Shown: one piece after another, positions 17,019 through 24,903 of the stretch
Position numbering within the stretch: position 1 is the first letter of the stretch
Layout of the letters: each line of letters opens with the position of its first letter
DNA from: an uncultured Chloroflexota bacterium
GTDB taxonomy: Bacteria; Chloroflexota; Chloroflexia; Thermomicrobiales; UBA6265
DNA length: 54,926 nucleotides
Assembly: GCA_937870845.1 (NCBI GenBank)
Contig: CALMZR010000248.1
Span: 1 to 54,926 of the forward strand
Direction: 5' to 3'
Program-made: the position numbers and the translations under genes
The notes under the pieces: generated by a model
What the model saw: only the letters and a program-made list of their open reading frames with translations
Told to the model about the DNA's origin: nothing
Database searches by the model: none

Positions 17019-18547
17019 CAGACAAACTCTCCGGTGGCGACGAGGGCGTTCTCGAGCCGCTCCTGACGGGCTCTGCCGGCGCGGTAGCGGTCGTACGCGG
17101 CGCGGTCGGGCTCGTACGTGGTCGCGTTCACGGCGACATCGGCGGCGGAGTCGAGATTCGGCAGGATTCCCGCCGCCGTCGCCGCCATCAGGGCCGCGCC
17201 GCGGGCGGTCGTCTCGTCGTCGGAGGCGAGCGCGGTGAGCGGTTGGCCGAGGGCGTCGGCGACGATCTGCAGCCACGCCGGCATGCCCAGAATGGCCCCG
17301 CCGCTGACGATGATGCGGTGATCGGCCGCGCAGAGCGGCCCCAAGGAGTCGTAGACCGCCGCCAGCCGATAGGCGACCGATTCCATGCCGGCCCGAATGA
17401 GGTGCTCCGGCCGTGTGGCGATGGTGAGGCCGGCAAGAACGGCGCTGGCGTCGTCGTGCCAGCCCGGGGATCGCTCCCCGGCCAGGAACGGTAGAAGCGT
17501 GAGACCAGTCGAATCGGGGGCCAGCGCGGCCGCCGCCGTGGTCGCGTCGCTGTCGGGGCCGGTTCCGGTGGTGTTCCAGAGCCAGCGAATCAGGTTGCCG
17601 CCGTTGGAAAGCGCGCCGCCGAGTACGGCGCGCTCCCGATCGAGCCGGTACGCCCACAAGCCGGGCGGGATCGCCCATTCCTCGCCGGCCGGGCGAGGCA
17701 GGATCACGCGCTCGGCGGCGGAGGTGCCGACGGTGAGCGCGATGCTGGCAGGCCCGATAGCGCCGCTGCCGACGTTGGCGCACGCGCCGTCGCCGAGGGC
17801 AGGAAACCAGTCCACCGCGGCCAGCGCCGGCCAGCGCGCGGCGAACTCTGGCCGGAGGCGGCCCGGGGGCCCAAGGTCGACCAGAGGAGAGAGACTCGAT
17901 GGGCTGGCGCCGGTCGCGGCGAGCATGTCCGCGTCCCACCCCAGGGCATGCACGTCGAGGAGACCGGTCCCCGAGGCCATGCATACCGTGGCGGCGTCCG
18001 CGTTGTCGCCGCAGAGCCGGCCCAATGCGAATTCCGCAAAGGAGAGCCAGCGCGTCGTGCGAGCCACGGTCTCCGGCGCGGTCTCCCGCAGCCAGCAGAG
18101 CTTCGCTGGCCAGTACGACGAATGCAGACGGCAGCCGGTGCGTTGCCAGACGGCAGCCGGGTCTAGCTCGGCGCGAAGCCGGGAGGCCTGGGCGGCGGAG
18201 CGGGTGTCGGCCCAGTACAGGACGGGGGTCGTCGCTTGCCCGGCGTCGTCGATGCCCATCAGGCTATGCCAGAACGAGGTCGTGCCCACGGCGGCAACGT
18301 CCCTGGCGCGATCACCCAGCCGGGCGACGACCCCGTCGATGGCGCGCACCGTGATGTCGAACAGCGCGGCTGCGCCGAAGGTGGCAGCGCCGACCGCCGT
18401 TGTGTCCAGCGCGTACTTGATCTGCTCTTCGCTGTTGTGAATGTCGCGCCCGGCGCCGTCGTACGCCAGGGCGCGTATGGAGGACGTCCCGGCATCAAGG
18501 GCGATGAGGAGTGGTGCTCGAGCCTCGGCCAGGGGTATGCGCGGCAT
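17018..18547 (-). CDS. FGGY family carbohydrate kinase (gluconokinase/xylulokinase-like)
   Basis: LLIALDAGTSSIRALAYD at the N-terminus. C-terminal IIVSGGAILGMPAWLQIVADALGQPL. GAGGAG precedes ATG 18547. Confidence 0.85.
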   Translation of the reverse strand: MPRIPLAEARAPLLIALDAGTSSIRALAYDGAGRDIHNSEEQIKYALDTTAVGAATFGAAALFDITVRAIDGVVARLGDRARDVAAVGTTSFWHSLMGIDDAGQATTPVLYWADTRSAAQASRLRAELDPAAVWQRTGCRLHSSYWPAKLCWLRETAPETVARTTRWLSFAEFALGRLCGDNADAATVCMASGTGLLDVHALGWDADMLAATGASPSSLSPLVDLGPPGRLRPEFAARWPALAAVDWFPALGDGACANVGSGAIGPASIALTVGTSAAERVILPRPAGEEWAIPPGLWAYRLDRERAVLGGALSNGGNLIRWLWNTTGTGPDSDATTAAAALAPDSTGLTLLPFLAGERSPGWHDDASAVLAGLTIATRPEHLIRAGMESVAYRLAAVYDSLGPLCAADHRIIVSGGAILGMPAWLQIVADALGQPLTALASDDETTARGAALMAATAAGILPNLDSAADVAVNATTYEPDRAAYDRYRAGRARQERLENALVATGEFV

Positions 18548-18678
18548 GGACACTCCTCTAACGGCGACAATGCTCTCGGTCTTGCCCGCGGAGTCTATCA
18601 GGCGTATCCGGTGGCTCGGGCTTGACGGCGCTGAGTAGACTGCGGCCATCTGGCGATTCGGGCGGGGGAGAAGCCGAC

Positions 18679-19092
18679 TTGGAGCTGAGAGACGACGTGC
18701 GCGCATTCCTGGACGAGCCGCGCTTCGGGGTGCTGGGCACGGTGAATGGCGACGGCAGCCCGCAGCAGACGGTGATGTGGTACGTGCTGCGCGGCGGCAC
18801 GGTGATGATGAACACCAGGCGGGGCCGCAAGAAGGACCGCAACCTGCTGCGCGATGCGCGGGCCTCCCTCTGCATCGAAGACGGCTTCCGCTACGTGACG
18901 CTCGACGGAACCATCCGCATGGTCGAGGATCAAGACGTCGCCCAGGCCGATATCGCCGCCCTCGCGCGCCGGTACCATGACGCGGACGAGGCCGAGCGAA
19001 TGGCGCGCGACGTGTTCGCTCCCCAGGAACGAATTTCTTTGCTGCTCAGCTTCGACCGCGTCGACGTCCACGGGTTCGACGGCGAGGAGTGA
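18679..19092 (+). CDS. PPOX-class (pyridoxamine 5'-phosphate oxidase-like) probable F420-dependent oxidoreductase
   Basis: FLDEPRFGVLGTVNGDGSPQQTVMWYVL...NTRRGRKKDRNL is the split-barrel pattern. TTG 18679 follows GGGGGAG (the ORF track start 18622 is an alternative). It sits immediately upstream of cofD. Confidence 0.78.
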   Translation: MELRDDVRAFLDEPRFGVLGTVNGDGSPQQTVMWYVLRGGTVMMNTRRGRKKDRNLLRDARASLCIEDGFRYVTLDGTIRMVEDQDVAQADIAALARRYHDADEAERMARDVFAPQERISLLLSFDRVDVHGFDGEE

Positions 19093-19095
19093 GCG

Positions 19096-20046
19096 GTGAT
19101 CGTCGCGCTCGCGGGCGGCGTCGGGGGAGCCAAGATGGCGCACGGCTTGCAGGCCGCGCTGCCGCCGGGCGCGCTGACGACCATCGTCAACACGGCCGAC
19201 GACTTCGACCTGTACGGATTGCGCATCTGCCCCGATCTCGATACCGTCATGTACACCCTGGCCGGGATTGCCGATCCGGTTAACGGGTGGGGCGTGGCGG
19301 GGGACAGCCGCAACACGCTCGATGCCATCGCCCGGTACGGCGAGCATCCATGGTTCCTCCTGGGCGACCAGGACTTCGCCACCCACATCCTGCGCACCGA
19401 GCGATTGCGAGCTGGAACGCCGCTCTCCGCGGTCACGGCGGAGCTCGCCGCGTCCCTCGGCATACCCGGACGCATCCTGCCCATGACCGACGATCGGGTG
19501 GCTACCTTGATCGATACCCCTTCGGGGCGGCTGGAGTTCCAGGAGTACTTCGTCGCCCGGCGCCAGAGCGACGACGTGCTCGGCGTCGTTTTCGCCGGGA
19601 TCGACGAGGCGACAGCGAACGCCGGTGTCCTCGATGCCATTCGCGATGCCAAGACGATCGTCGTCGCGCCGTCGAATCCGATCGTCAGCGTGGGACCGAT
19701 CCTGGCCACGCCGGGAATCCGCGCGGCGCTGGAGCGGACGGAGGCGCCGATCGTGGCGGTCAGCCCCATCGTCGGCGGGCGGGCGCTCAAAGGGCCGGCG
19801 GCGCAGATGCTGGCCACGCTCGGCCACGAGGTCTCGGCGCTGGGCGTGGCGCGGTTGTATGCCAGTCTGGTGGATGGGATGGTCATCGATGCCGCCGACC
19901 GCGAATTGACCGCGGAGATCGAACGGCTCGGGCCGCGGGTGCTCGTGACGGAAACGGTGATGGGCGACGAAGCGGATCGGAGGCGGTTGGCGGCCGAGGT
20001 GCTCGAGTTCGCCGGCTCGCTTGCCTTGCATCGGATGGCCGTTTAG
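19096..20046 (+). CDS. cofD: 2-phospho-L-lactate transferase (F420 biosynthesis)
   Basis: IVALAGGVGGAKMAHGL, TIVNTADDFDLYGLRICPDLDTVMYTLAG and NPIVSVGPIL are typical of CofD/FbiA. Confidence 0.93.
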   Translation: MIVALAGGVGGAKMAHGLQAALPPGALTTIVNTADDFDLYGLRICPDLDTVMYTLAGIADPVNGWGVAGDSRNTLDAIARYGEHPWFLLGDQDFATHILRTERLRAGTPLSAVTAELAASLGIPGRILPMTDDRVATLIDTPSGRLEFQEYFVARRQSDDVLGVVFAGIDEATANAGVLDAIRDAKTIVVAPSNPIVSVGPILATPGIRAALERTEAPIVAVSPIVGGRALKGPAAQMLATLGHEVSALGVARLYASLVDGMVIDAADRELTAEIERLGPRVLVTETVMGDEADRRRLAAEVLEFAGSLALHRMAV

Positions 20047-20065
20047 GTTGGCGACCCGTGATTCG

Positions 20066-20833
20066 ATGGGCCAAACGCCACGTACCCCGCGTCAAGCAGT
20101 GCAGGCAGCGCTCCCGCCGCAGGCGATCTTCGAGGCTGGCGGTTCGCCAGTGAGCATCCACGCGAGCCGCGAGCAAATCGTCGCGATCGTGCCGATTCGC
20201 TCGTTCCGCAACGGCAAGACGCGCTTGACGCCTGTGTTCGATCGCGAGGCGAGGGAGGCGCTCTTGCGGGCCACGGCAGAGGGCGTCGTTGCCGCCGGGC
20301 GCAACGCCGAATGCGTCGAGACGGTGCTGGTCGTCAGCCCTGATGCCGAGGTTCTGGCGTGGGCAACCCGGATGGGACCGGGCGTGGCCCCCCTGGCTCA
20401 ATCAGGTTCGATGCCGGGTCTCAACGGGGCGATCGCGGCGGGCCGGGAATGGGCGCTTGCCGCAGGGGCGACCGCTATTCTCTCGTTGTTCGCCGACTTG
20501 CCGTTTCTTACCGAGGACGACATACACACCCTTGTCGCGCGCCCCGAGCCGGTCGTCCTCGGCCCAGATCGGCACGGTGAGGGCACGAATGCGTTGCTGC
20601 TCCGGCTTCCCGACAGCGGCGCCGCGTTCCAGTTCGCGTTCGGCGAAGGCAGTCTGAACCGGCACATCGACGAGGCGCGGAGACTCGGGCTTGACGCGGG
20701 GATCGTGCGCGCCCCTGGGCTCGCATTCGACCTCGATACGCCTGGGGATTGGGCCGACTATCTAACGGCGCGGCGCGAGTGGGTCATCGAGGCCGAGCCA
20801 TGTTTGCTGCCGTGTCGGGCGGGCATCGCGTGA
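20066..20833 (+). CDS. cofC: 2-phospho-L-lactate / PEP guanylyltransferase (F420 biosynthesis)
   Basis: IVAIVPIRSFRNGKTRL and the GTNALLL pattern indicate a CofC/FbiD-like protein. Start uncertain (ATG 20066 or GTG 20150). Confidence 0.8.
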   Translation: MGQTPRTPRQAVQAALPPQAIFEAGGSPVSIHASREQIVAIVPIRSFRNGKTRLTPVFDREAREALLRATAEGVVAAGRNAECVETVLVVSPDAEVLAWATRMGPGVAPLAQSGSMPGLNGAIAAGREWALAAGATAILSLFADLPFLTEDDIHTLVARPEPVVLGPDRHGEGTNALLLRLPDSGAAFQFAFGEGSLNRHIDEARRLGLDAGIVRAPGLAFDLDTPGDWADYLTARREWVIEAEPCLLPCRAGIA

Positions 20834-21609
20834 AGGCCGCGGGCGGCGAGGTCCGCATCATCGGCATCGACGGCATCCCCGAGGTGGCCGCGGGCGACGA
20901 CCTGCCTGCGTTGCTCGGCGAGGCCATCGCGGAGTCCGGCGCCGGCCTGCAAGCGGGCGACATCGTGGTCGTCACGCACAAGATCGTCTCCAAAGCCGAG
21001 GGGCGGATCGTCGATCTCACGACGGTCGAGCCGTCGCTGCTGGCGACGCAGTGGGCAAACCGGTGGGGGAAGGATCCGCGCAAGATCGAGGTGGTGCTGC
21101 GGGAGTCGCGGCGCATCGTGCGCATGCACAACGGGCTGATCATCGCCGAGACGGCGCACGGGCTCGTCTGCGCCAACGCGGGGGTGGATGCCTCGAATGC
21201 CGCGCCGGACGCGGTCGTCCTGCTACCAGAAGATCCTGATGGTTCCGCCGCGAAGCTGCGGGAGGCGCTCAGGCGACGGTTCGGGTTCGGCGAGAGCGAT
21301 GCTCCAGCCGTCATCGTCAGCGATTCGTTCGGCCGGCCCTGGCGGCACGGAATCGTCAACGTCGCGATCGGGGTAAGCGGCATGGCTCCGCTGGTCGATT
21401 ACCGCGGTCAGACCGACGCCGCCGGGTACGAGCTGTCGGCATCAATCCTGGCCGTCGCGGACGAGGCCGCCTCCGCCGCCGAGTTGGTAATGCACAAACT
21501 GGCGGGGCGGCCGGTGGCCATCGTTCGAGGATACCTGTCTCCGTTGGCAGGTTCGTCGGGAACCGGAAAAGACCTGATCATGGAGGCGGAGCGGGACCTG
21601 TTTCGGTAA
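20830..21609 (+). CDS. cofE: Coenzyme F420-0:L-glutamate ligase, stand-alone (no C-terminal nitroreductase domain)
   Basis: GDIVVVTHKIVSKAEGR, GLVCANAGVDASN and SDSFGRPWRHGIVNVAIG. The GTG start overlaps the cofC stop (GTGA at 20830-20833). Confidence 0.9.
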   Translation: MKAAGGEVRIIGIDGIPEVAAGDDLPALLGEAIAESGAGLQAGDIVVVTHKIVSKAEGRIVDLTTVEPSLLATQWANRWGKDPRKIEVVLRESRRIVRMHNGLIIAETAHGLVCANAGVDASNAAPDAVVLLPEDPDGSAAKLREALRRRFGFGESDAPAVIVSDSFGRPWRHGIVNVAIGVSGMAPLVDYRGQTDAAGYELSASILAVADEAASAAELVMHKLAGRPVAIVRGYLSPLAGSSGTGKDLIMEAERDLFR

Positions 21610-21646
21610 GATCGCGCGGCATCGCGCGAAGGAGAAAAGCGGGACC

Positions 21647-22642
21647 ATGGGCACGGTGGGCTACGCGGCGTCGATGGAGCAGTTCGCCCCGAGCGACTTG
21701 CTGCGCTACTGCCAGCTGGCGGAGGACCAGGGGTTTGCCGCGGTGATGGCGTCGGACCATTTCAATCCCTGGGTGCCTTCGCAGGGGGAGTCAGGGTTCG
21801 TCTGGTCGTTCATGGGGGCGCTGGGAGCGACGACGAAGCTTCGCTTCGGGCCGGGGGTGACGCCGCCGGGGTATCGCTACCACCCGGCCATCATCGCCCA
21901 GGCGGCGGCGACGCTGGAAGAGATGTATCCCGGCCGCTTCTACCTCGGGCTCGGCGCGGGCGAGGCGCTCAACGAGCACATCGTCGCCCAGTACTGGCCC
22001 GAGGCGCCGATCCGGCTCGAGCGGCTGATGGAGTCGATCGAGATCATCCAGAAGCTCTTCACCGGCAAGAAGATCAAGCACCGGGGCACGCACTTCACCC
22101 TGGAGAGCGCCCGCCTGTGGACGATGCCCGAATCCCCGCCGCCGATCTACGTGGCGACCTCGGGCCCGATCATGGCCTACCGCACCGGGAAGTTCACGGA
22201 TGGGCTGATTACGGTGGGCGCCGCCGACGAGAAGCTGAAAATGCTCCTGGAGCGGTACGAGACGGGAGCGCGCGAGGCGGGCAAAGACCCGGCGACGATG
22301 CCGAAGATGCTGCAGGTGAAAGTCTCGTACGCGCCGACGGTGGAGGAAGCGACCGAGCGGGCGGTGCAGGACTGGCCGAACGGCGGCATGGCCTTCCCCA
22401 AGGGGGACATCCGGGAGCCGGAAGACTTCGAAGCGATGGCCAAGCTCGTCCGCCCGGACAACTACAAGAACCGCGTTCTCATCGCCTCCGACCCGGACGA
22501 GCACGTGGCATACCTGCAGCACTTCATCGATCTCGGCTTCGGCGAGATCTACGTCCACAACGTCGGCCGCGGCCAGGAACCGTTCATCAAGGTTTATGGG
22601 GAGCGGGTGATCCCGAAGCTGCGCTGGCCGGACGGAGGGTGA
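21647..22642 (+). CDS. LLM-class F420-dependent oxidoreductase, glucose-6-phosphate dehydrogenase (Fgd) family
   Basis: GYAASMEQFAPSDLL..., ASDHFNPW and FYLGLGAGEALNEHI. GAAGGAG precedes the ATG. Confidence 0.88.
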   Translation: MGTVGYAASMEQFAPSDLLRYCQLAEDQGFAAVMASDHFNPWVPSQGESGFVWSFMGALGATTKLRFGPGVTPPGYRYHPAIIAQAAATLEEMYPGRFYLGLGAGEALNEHIVAQYWPEAPIRLERLMESIEIIQKLFTGKKIKHRGTHFTLESARLWTMPESPPPIYVATSGPIMAYRTGKFTDGLITVGAADEKLKMLLERYETGAREAGKDPATMPKMLQVKVSYAPTVEEATERAVQDWPNGGMAFPKGDIREPEDFEAMAKLVRPDNYKNRVLIASDPDEHVAYLQHFIDLGFGEIYVHNVGRGQEPFIKVYGERVIPKLRWPDGG

Positions 22643-22715
22643 CAGGGTGACGGGGTGTCCGGGTGTTAGGATCAACCTATTCCCTGACACCCTGACACCT
22701 TGAGACCCTGTCACC
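22635..22715. repeat. Repeat family R1 copy 3
   Basis: gagggtgacagggtgacggggtgtccgggtgttagg ... ccctgacaccctgacaccttgagaccctgtcacc form imperfect inverted arms. The fgd-like stop TGA (22640-22642) lies inside the first octamer. Confidence 0.8.
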
Positions 22716-22720
22716 AATCG

Positions 22721-22731
22721 CCTGCTATACT
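22721..22731 (+). promoter_or_regulatory. Candidate extended -10 promoter (TGcTATACT) for the riboswitch-led operon
   Basis: cctgcTATACTcg places a transcription start about 5-8 nt before riboswitch stem P1 (22743). Confidence 0.4.
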
Positions 22732-22742
22732 CGCCCCGTCAA

Positions 22743-22885
22743 GCCTTCGGGGTTGTGGTGAGGCCGTCGAGTTATGGCGGCCAAGTCCCGACCGGCGGTA
22801 GAGCCCGCGAGCGAGCGCGCGACGTCGCGCAAGCACGATCCGGTGAGATTCCGGAGCCGACGGTACAGTCCGGATGGGAGAAGGC
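22743..22885 (+). promoter_or_regulatory. FMN riboswitch (RFN element) aptamer
   Basis: P1 is gccttc...gaaggc. The conserved RFN blocks are present in order: CTTCGGGG..GGTG..GTCCCGACCGGCGGTAGAGCCCGCGAGCG....ATCCGGTGAGATTCCGGAGCCGACGGTACAGTCCGGATGGGAGAAGG. This closely parallels the Bacillus subtilis ribD leader as I remember it. Confidence 0.87.
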
Positions 22886-22950
22886 GTGCGGGCGGCGGCG
22901 GCCGATGACGGCCCCGGCCGTTCGTGGCGCTTTGCCGAAACGTCGACAAC

Positions 22951-22974
22951 GCCCGGAGGATGATTCCTCCGGGC
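22951..22974 (+). terminator. Candidate riboswitch expression-platform hairpin (terminator or RBS sequestor)
   Basis: gcccggagga-tgat-tcctccgggc gives a perfect 10-bp stem followed by gctcttgtg. It lies between the aptamer and the first ORF start. Confidence 0.45.
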
Positions 22975-23016
22975 GCTCTTGTGCCCGGGGTCGCTTCGTG
23001 CAGCCGGGCGCCGTCG

Positions 23017-23961
23017 ATGGTCGGACTCCTCGTCAATCGAATGTTCTTCGCCGTGGCTGTGCTGTTTGGCGTGGTCAGCGTCACGTTTGCCCTGATGCAC
23101 CTGGCGGGCGATCCGCTGGCGGGGTTGATCCCGCCGGGCGCGCCGCCCGACGTCGAGAACGACATCCGGCGCAGCTACGGTCTCGACCGTCCGGTCCCGG
23201 AGCAGTACCTCGATTTCGCGAGCCGGGCGATGCGCGGGGATTTTGGCGAGTCGTGGCGTCAGGGCCGGCCGGCGCTGGCGGCGGTGCTGGAACGGTTGCC
23301 GGCGACGATGGCCCTGGCGTCCCTGGCGATTGCCCTCGCGATCCTTGTCGGCGGGTTCCTGGGCGTGGCCGCGGCGGCGCGGCCGGGTTCGCCGTGGGAC
23401 GCCGGAGCACGGCTGGCCGCGCTGCTGGGGCAGGCGATACCCGCGTTCTGGCTCGGCACGATGCTGATCCTCGTGTTCGCCGTCGATCTGCGCTGGTTGC
23501 CCGCGTCCGGGCTGCCCGGCCCCGCTGGGGTCATCCTGCCGGCGCTTGCGCTGGCGGCGTACCCGGCCGCGACGCTGATGCGATTGCTGCGGGCATCGAT
23601 GGTGGAGACCCTGGGCGCCGACTACATCCGCACGGCGCGGGCCAAAGGGCTATCTCGACGGCGAATACTGCTTGAACACGCGTTGCGCAACGCCGCGTTG
23701 CCGGCGCTGGCGTTCACCGGGCTGCAGGCCGGGTTCCTCCTCGGCGGGGCGGTTATCGTGGAGGGGGTGTTCGCCTATCCCGGGATCGGCGGCTTGGCGC
23801 TCGATGCCGTTGCGACGCGCGACATCCCGCTGGTGGAAGCGTTCGTCTGGGTGGTGGCGCTCCTCATCCTGGGGGTCAACACGCTGGCTGGCCTGATCGC
23901 GGCGTGGATCGATCCCCGGCTGCGGGAGCGGGCGGCTGCGTTCGGGGGCGCGGCGCCATGA
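23017..23961 (+). CDS. ABC transporter permease, DppB/OppB type
   Basis: N-terminus MVGLLVNRMFFAVAVLFGVVSVTFALMHLAGDP, and the EAA-loop region YIRTARAKGLSRRRILLEHALRNA. Confidence 0.88.
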   Translation: MVGLLVNRMFFAVAVLFGVVSVTFALMHLAGDPLAGLIPPGAPPDVENDIRRSYGLDRPVPEQYLDFASRAMRGDFGESWRQGRPALAAVLERLPATMALASLAIALAILVGGFLGVAAAARPGSPWDAGARLAALLGQAIPAFWLGTMLILVFAVDLRWLPASGLPGPAGVILPALALAAYPAATLMRLLRASMVETLGADYIRTARAKGLSRRRILLEHALRNAALPALAFTGLQAGFLLGGAVIVEGVFAYPGIGGLALDAVATRDIPLVEAFVWVVALLILGVNTLAGLIAAWIDPRLRERAAAFGGAAP

Positions 23962-24863
23962 ACGCGGTCGACTTCGCCGTCCGGCCGACGGCGGCTCAGG
24001 CGTCGCCGACGTCGCTGCCCCGGGCAGCGTTGCTCGGTTGGCCGGATACGGTTCGTTATTCGGGGAGCGCGGCGATTGGTCTGACGCTCCTCGCGGCGCT
24101 GGCGATGCTCGCCCTGATTGGGCCTGCCTGGTGGCCACTGCATCCGGAAACGCAGGACTTGGCGAACCGACTGGCTCCTCCGTGGGGATTCGGCGGCACG
24201 GCCGCCCATCCCCTCGGCACGGATTCGCTCGGCCGGGACACGCTGGCGCGGGTGATCGCCGGGGCGCGGGTCTCCTTGCCGTTGAGCGTCGCGGCGACCG
24301 CGGCCGCCGGTGTGGTTGGAGTAACGCTTGGTGTGCTGGCGGGGTATCGAGGTGGCTGGGTCGATGGGATCGTGTCGTGGCTCTCGGACGTTCAGCTGGC
24401 CATTCCGTTCGTGGTGTTCGCCATCGTCGTCACCGCGACGTTTGGCCATTCCGTCGCCAACATCCTGCTCACCCTCGTCGTCACCGGCTGGGTAGCGTAC
24501 GCACGGGTGATTCGGTTGCAGACGCAAGCGCTGCGGCAGGCAGCGTGGATGGAGGCCGCTCGGGCAATGGGGGCCGGGCCCGTGAGGTTGCTGGGAAGGC
24601 ATCTCCTGCCGAACCTGGCCGCGACCGTGGCGATTCTGGCGACCCAACAAGCGGGGGCGATGATCCTCTATGAGTCATCGCTCAGCTTCCTCGGGCTGGG
24701 TCTTGGCGGCAGCACGGTGACGTGGGGCGGCATGGCCGCGCTGGGGCGGGACGCGGTTTTCACGGCGCCGTGGGCCGCCGCCGTTCCGGGCGCGGTCATC
24801 GCCGCGGCGATGCTGGGGTTCAACCTGACCGGAGACTGGCTGGCGACGCGAGGTCGTCGCTAG
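23958..24863 (+). CDS. ABC transporter permease, DppC/OppC type
   Basis: HPLGTDSLGRDTLARVIAGARVSL and AARAMGAGPVRLLGRHLLPN. The ATG overlaps the upstream stop (ATGA). Confidence 0.88.
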   Translation: MNAVDFAVRPTAAQASPTSLPRAALLGWPDTVRYSGSAAIGLTLLAALAMLALIGPAWWPLHPETQDLANRLAPPWGFGGTAAHPLGTDSLGRDTLARVIAGARVSLPLSVAATAAAGVVGVTLGVLAGYRGGWVDGIVSWLSDVQLAIPFVVFAIVVTATFGHSVANILLTLVVTGWVAYARVIRLQTQALRQAAWMEAARAMGAGPVRLLGRHLLPNLAATVAILATQQAGAMILYESSLSFLGLGLGGSTVTWGGMAALGRDAVFTAPWAAAVPGAVIAAAMLGFNLTGDWLATRGRR

Positions 24864-24903
24864 AGTGGCTGTAGGGCGTCGCGCGACGCCGGAGGTGAGT
24901 TGG

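Noticed and set aside
16167-17984. 605-aa minus-strand ORF extending the LmbE gene upstream
   Set aside because: The upstream 320 aa are an Arg/Gly/Pro-rich alternative frame of the FGGY kinase gene. The LmbE signature starts at the ATG at 17018.
18598-20031. 477-aa minus-strand ORF
   Set aside because: It is antisense to the PPOX and cofD genes and has low-complexity Arg/Asp/Gly composition.
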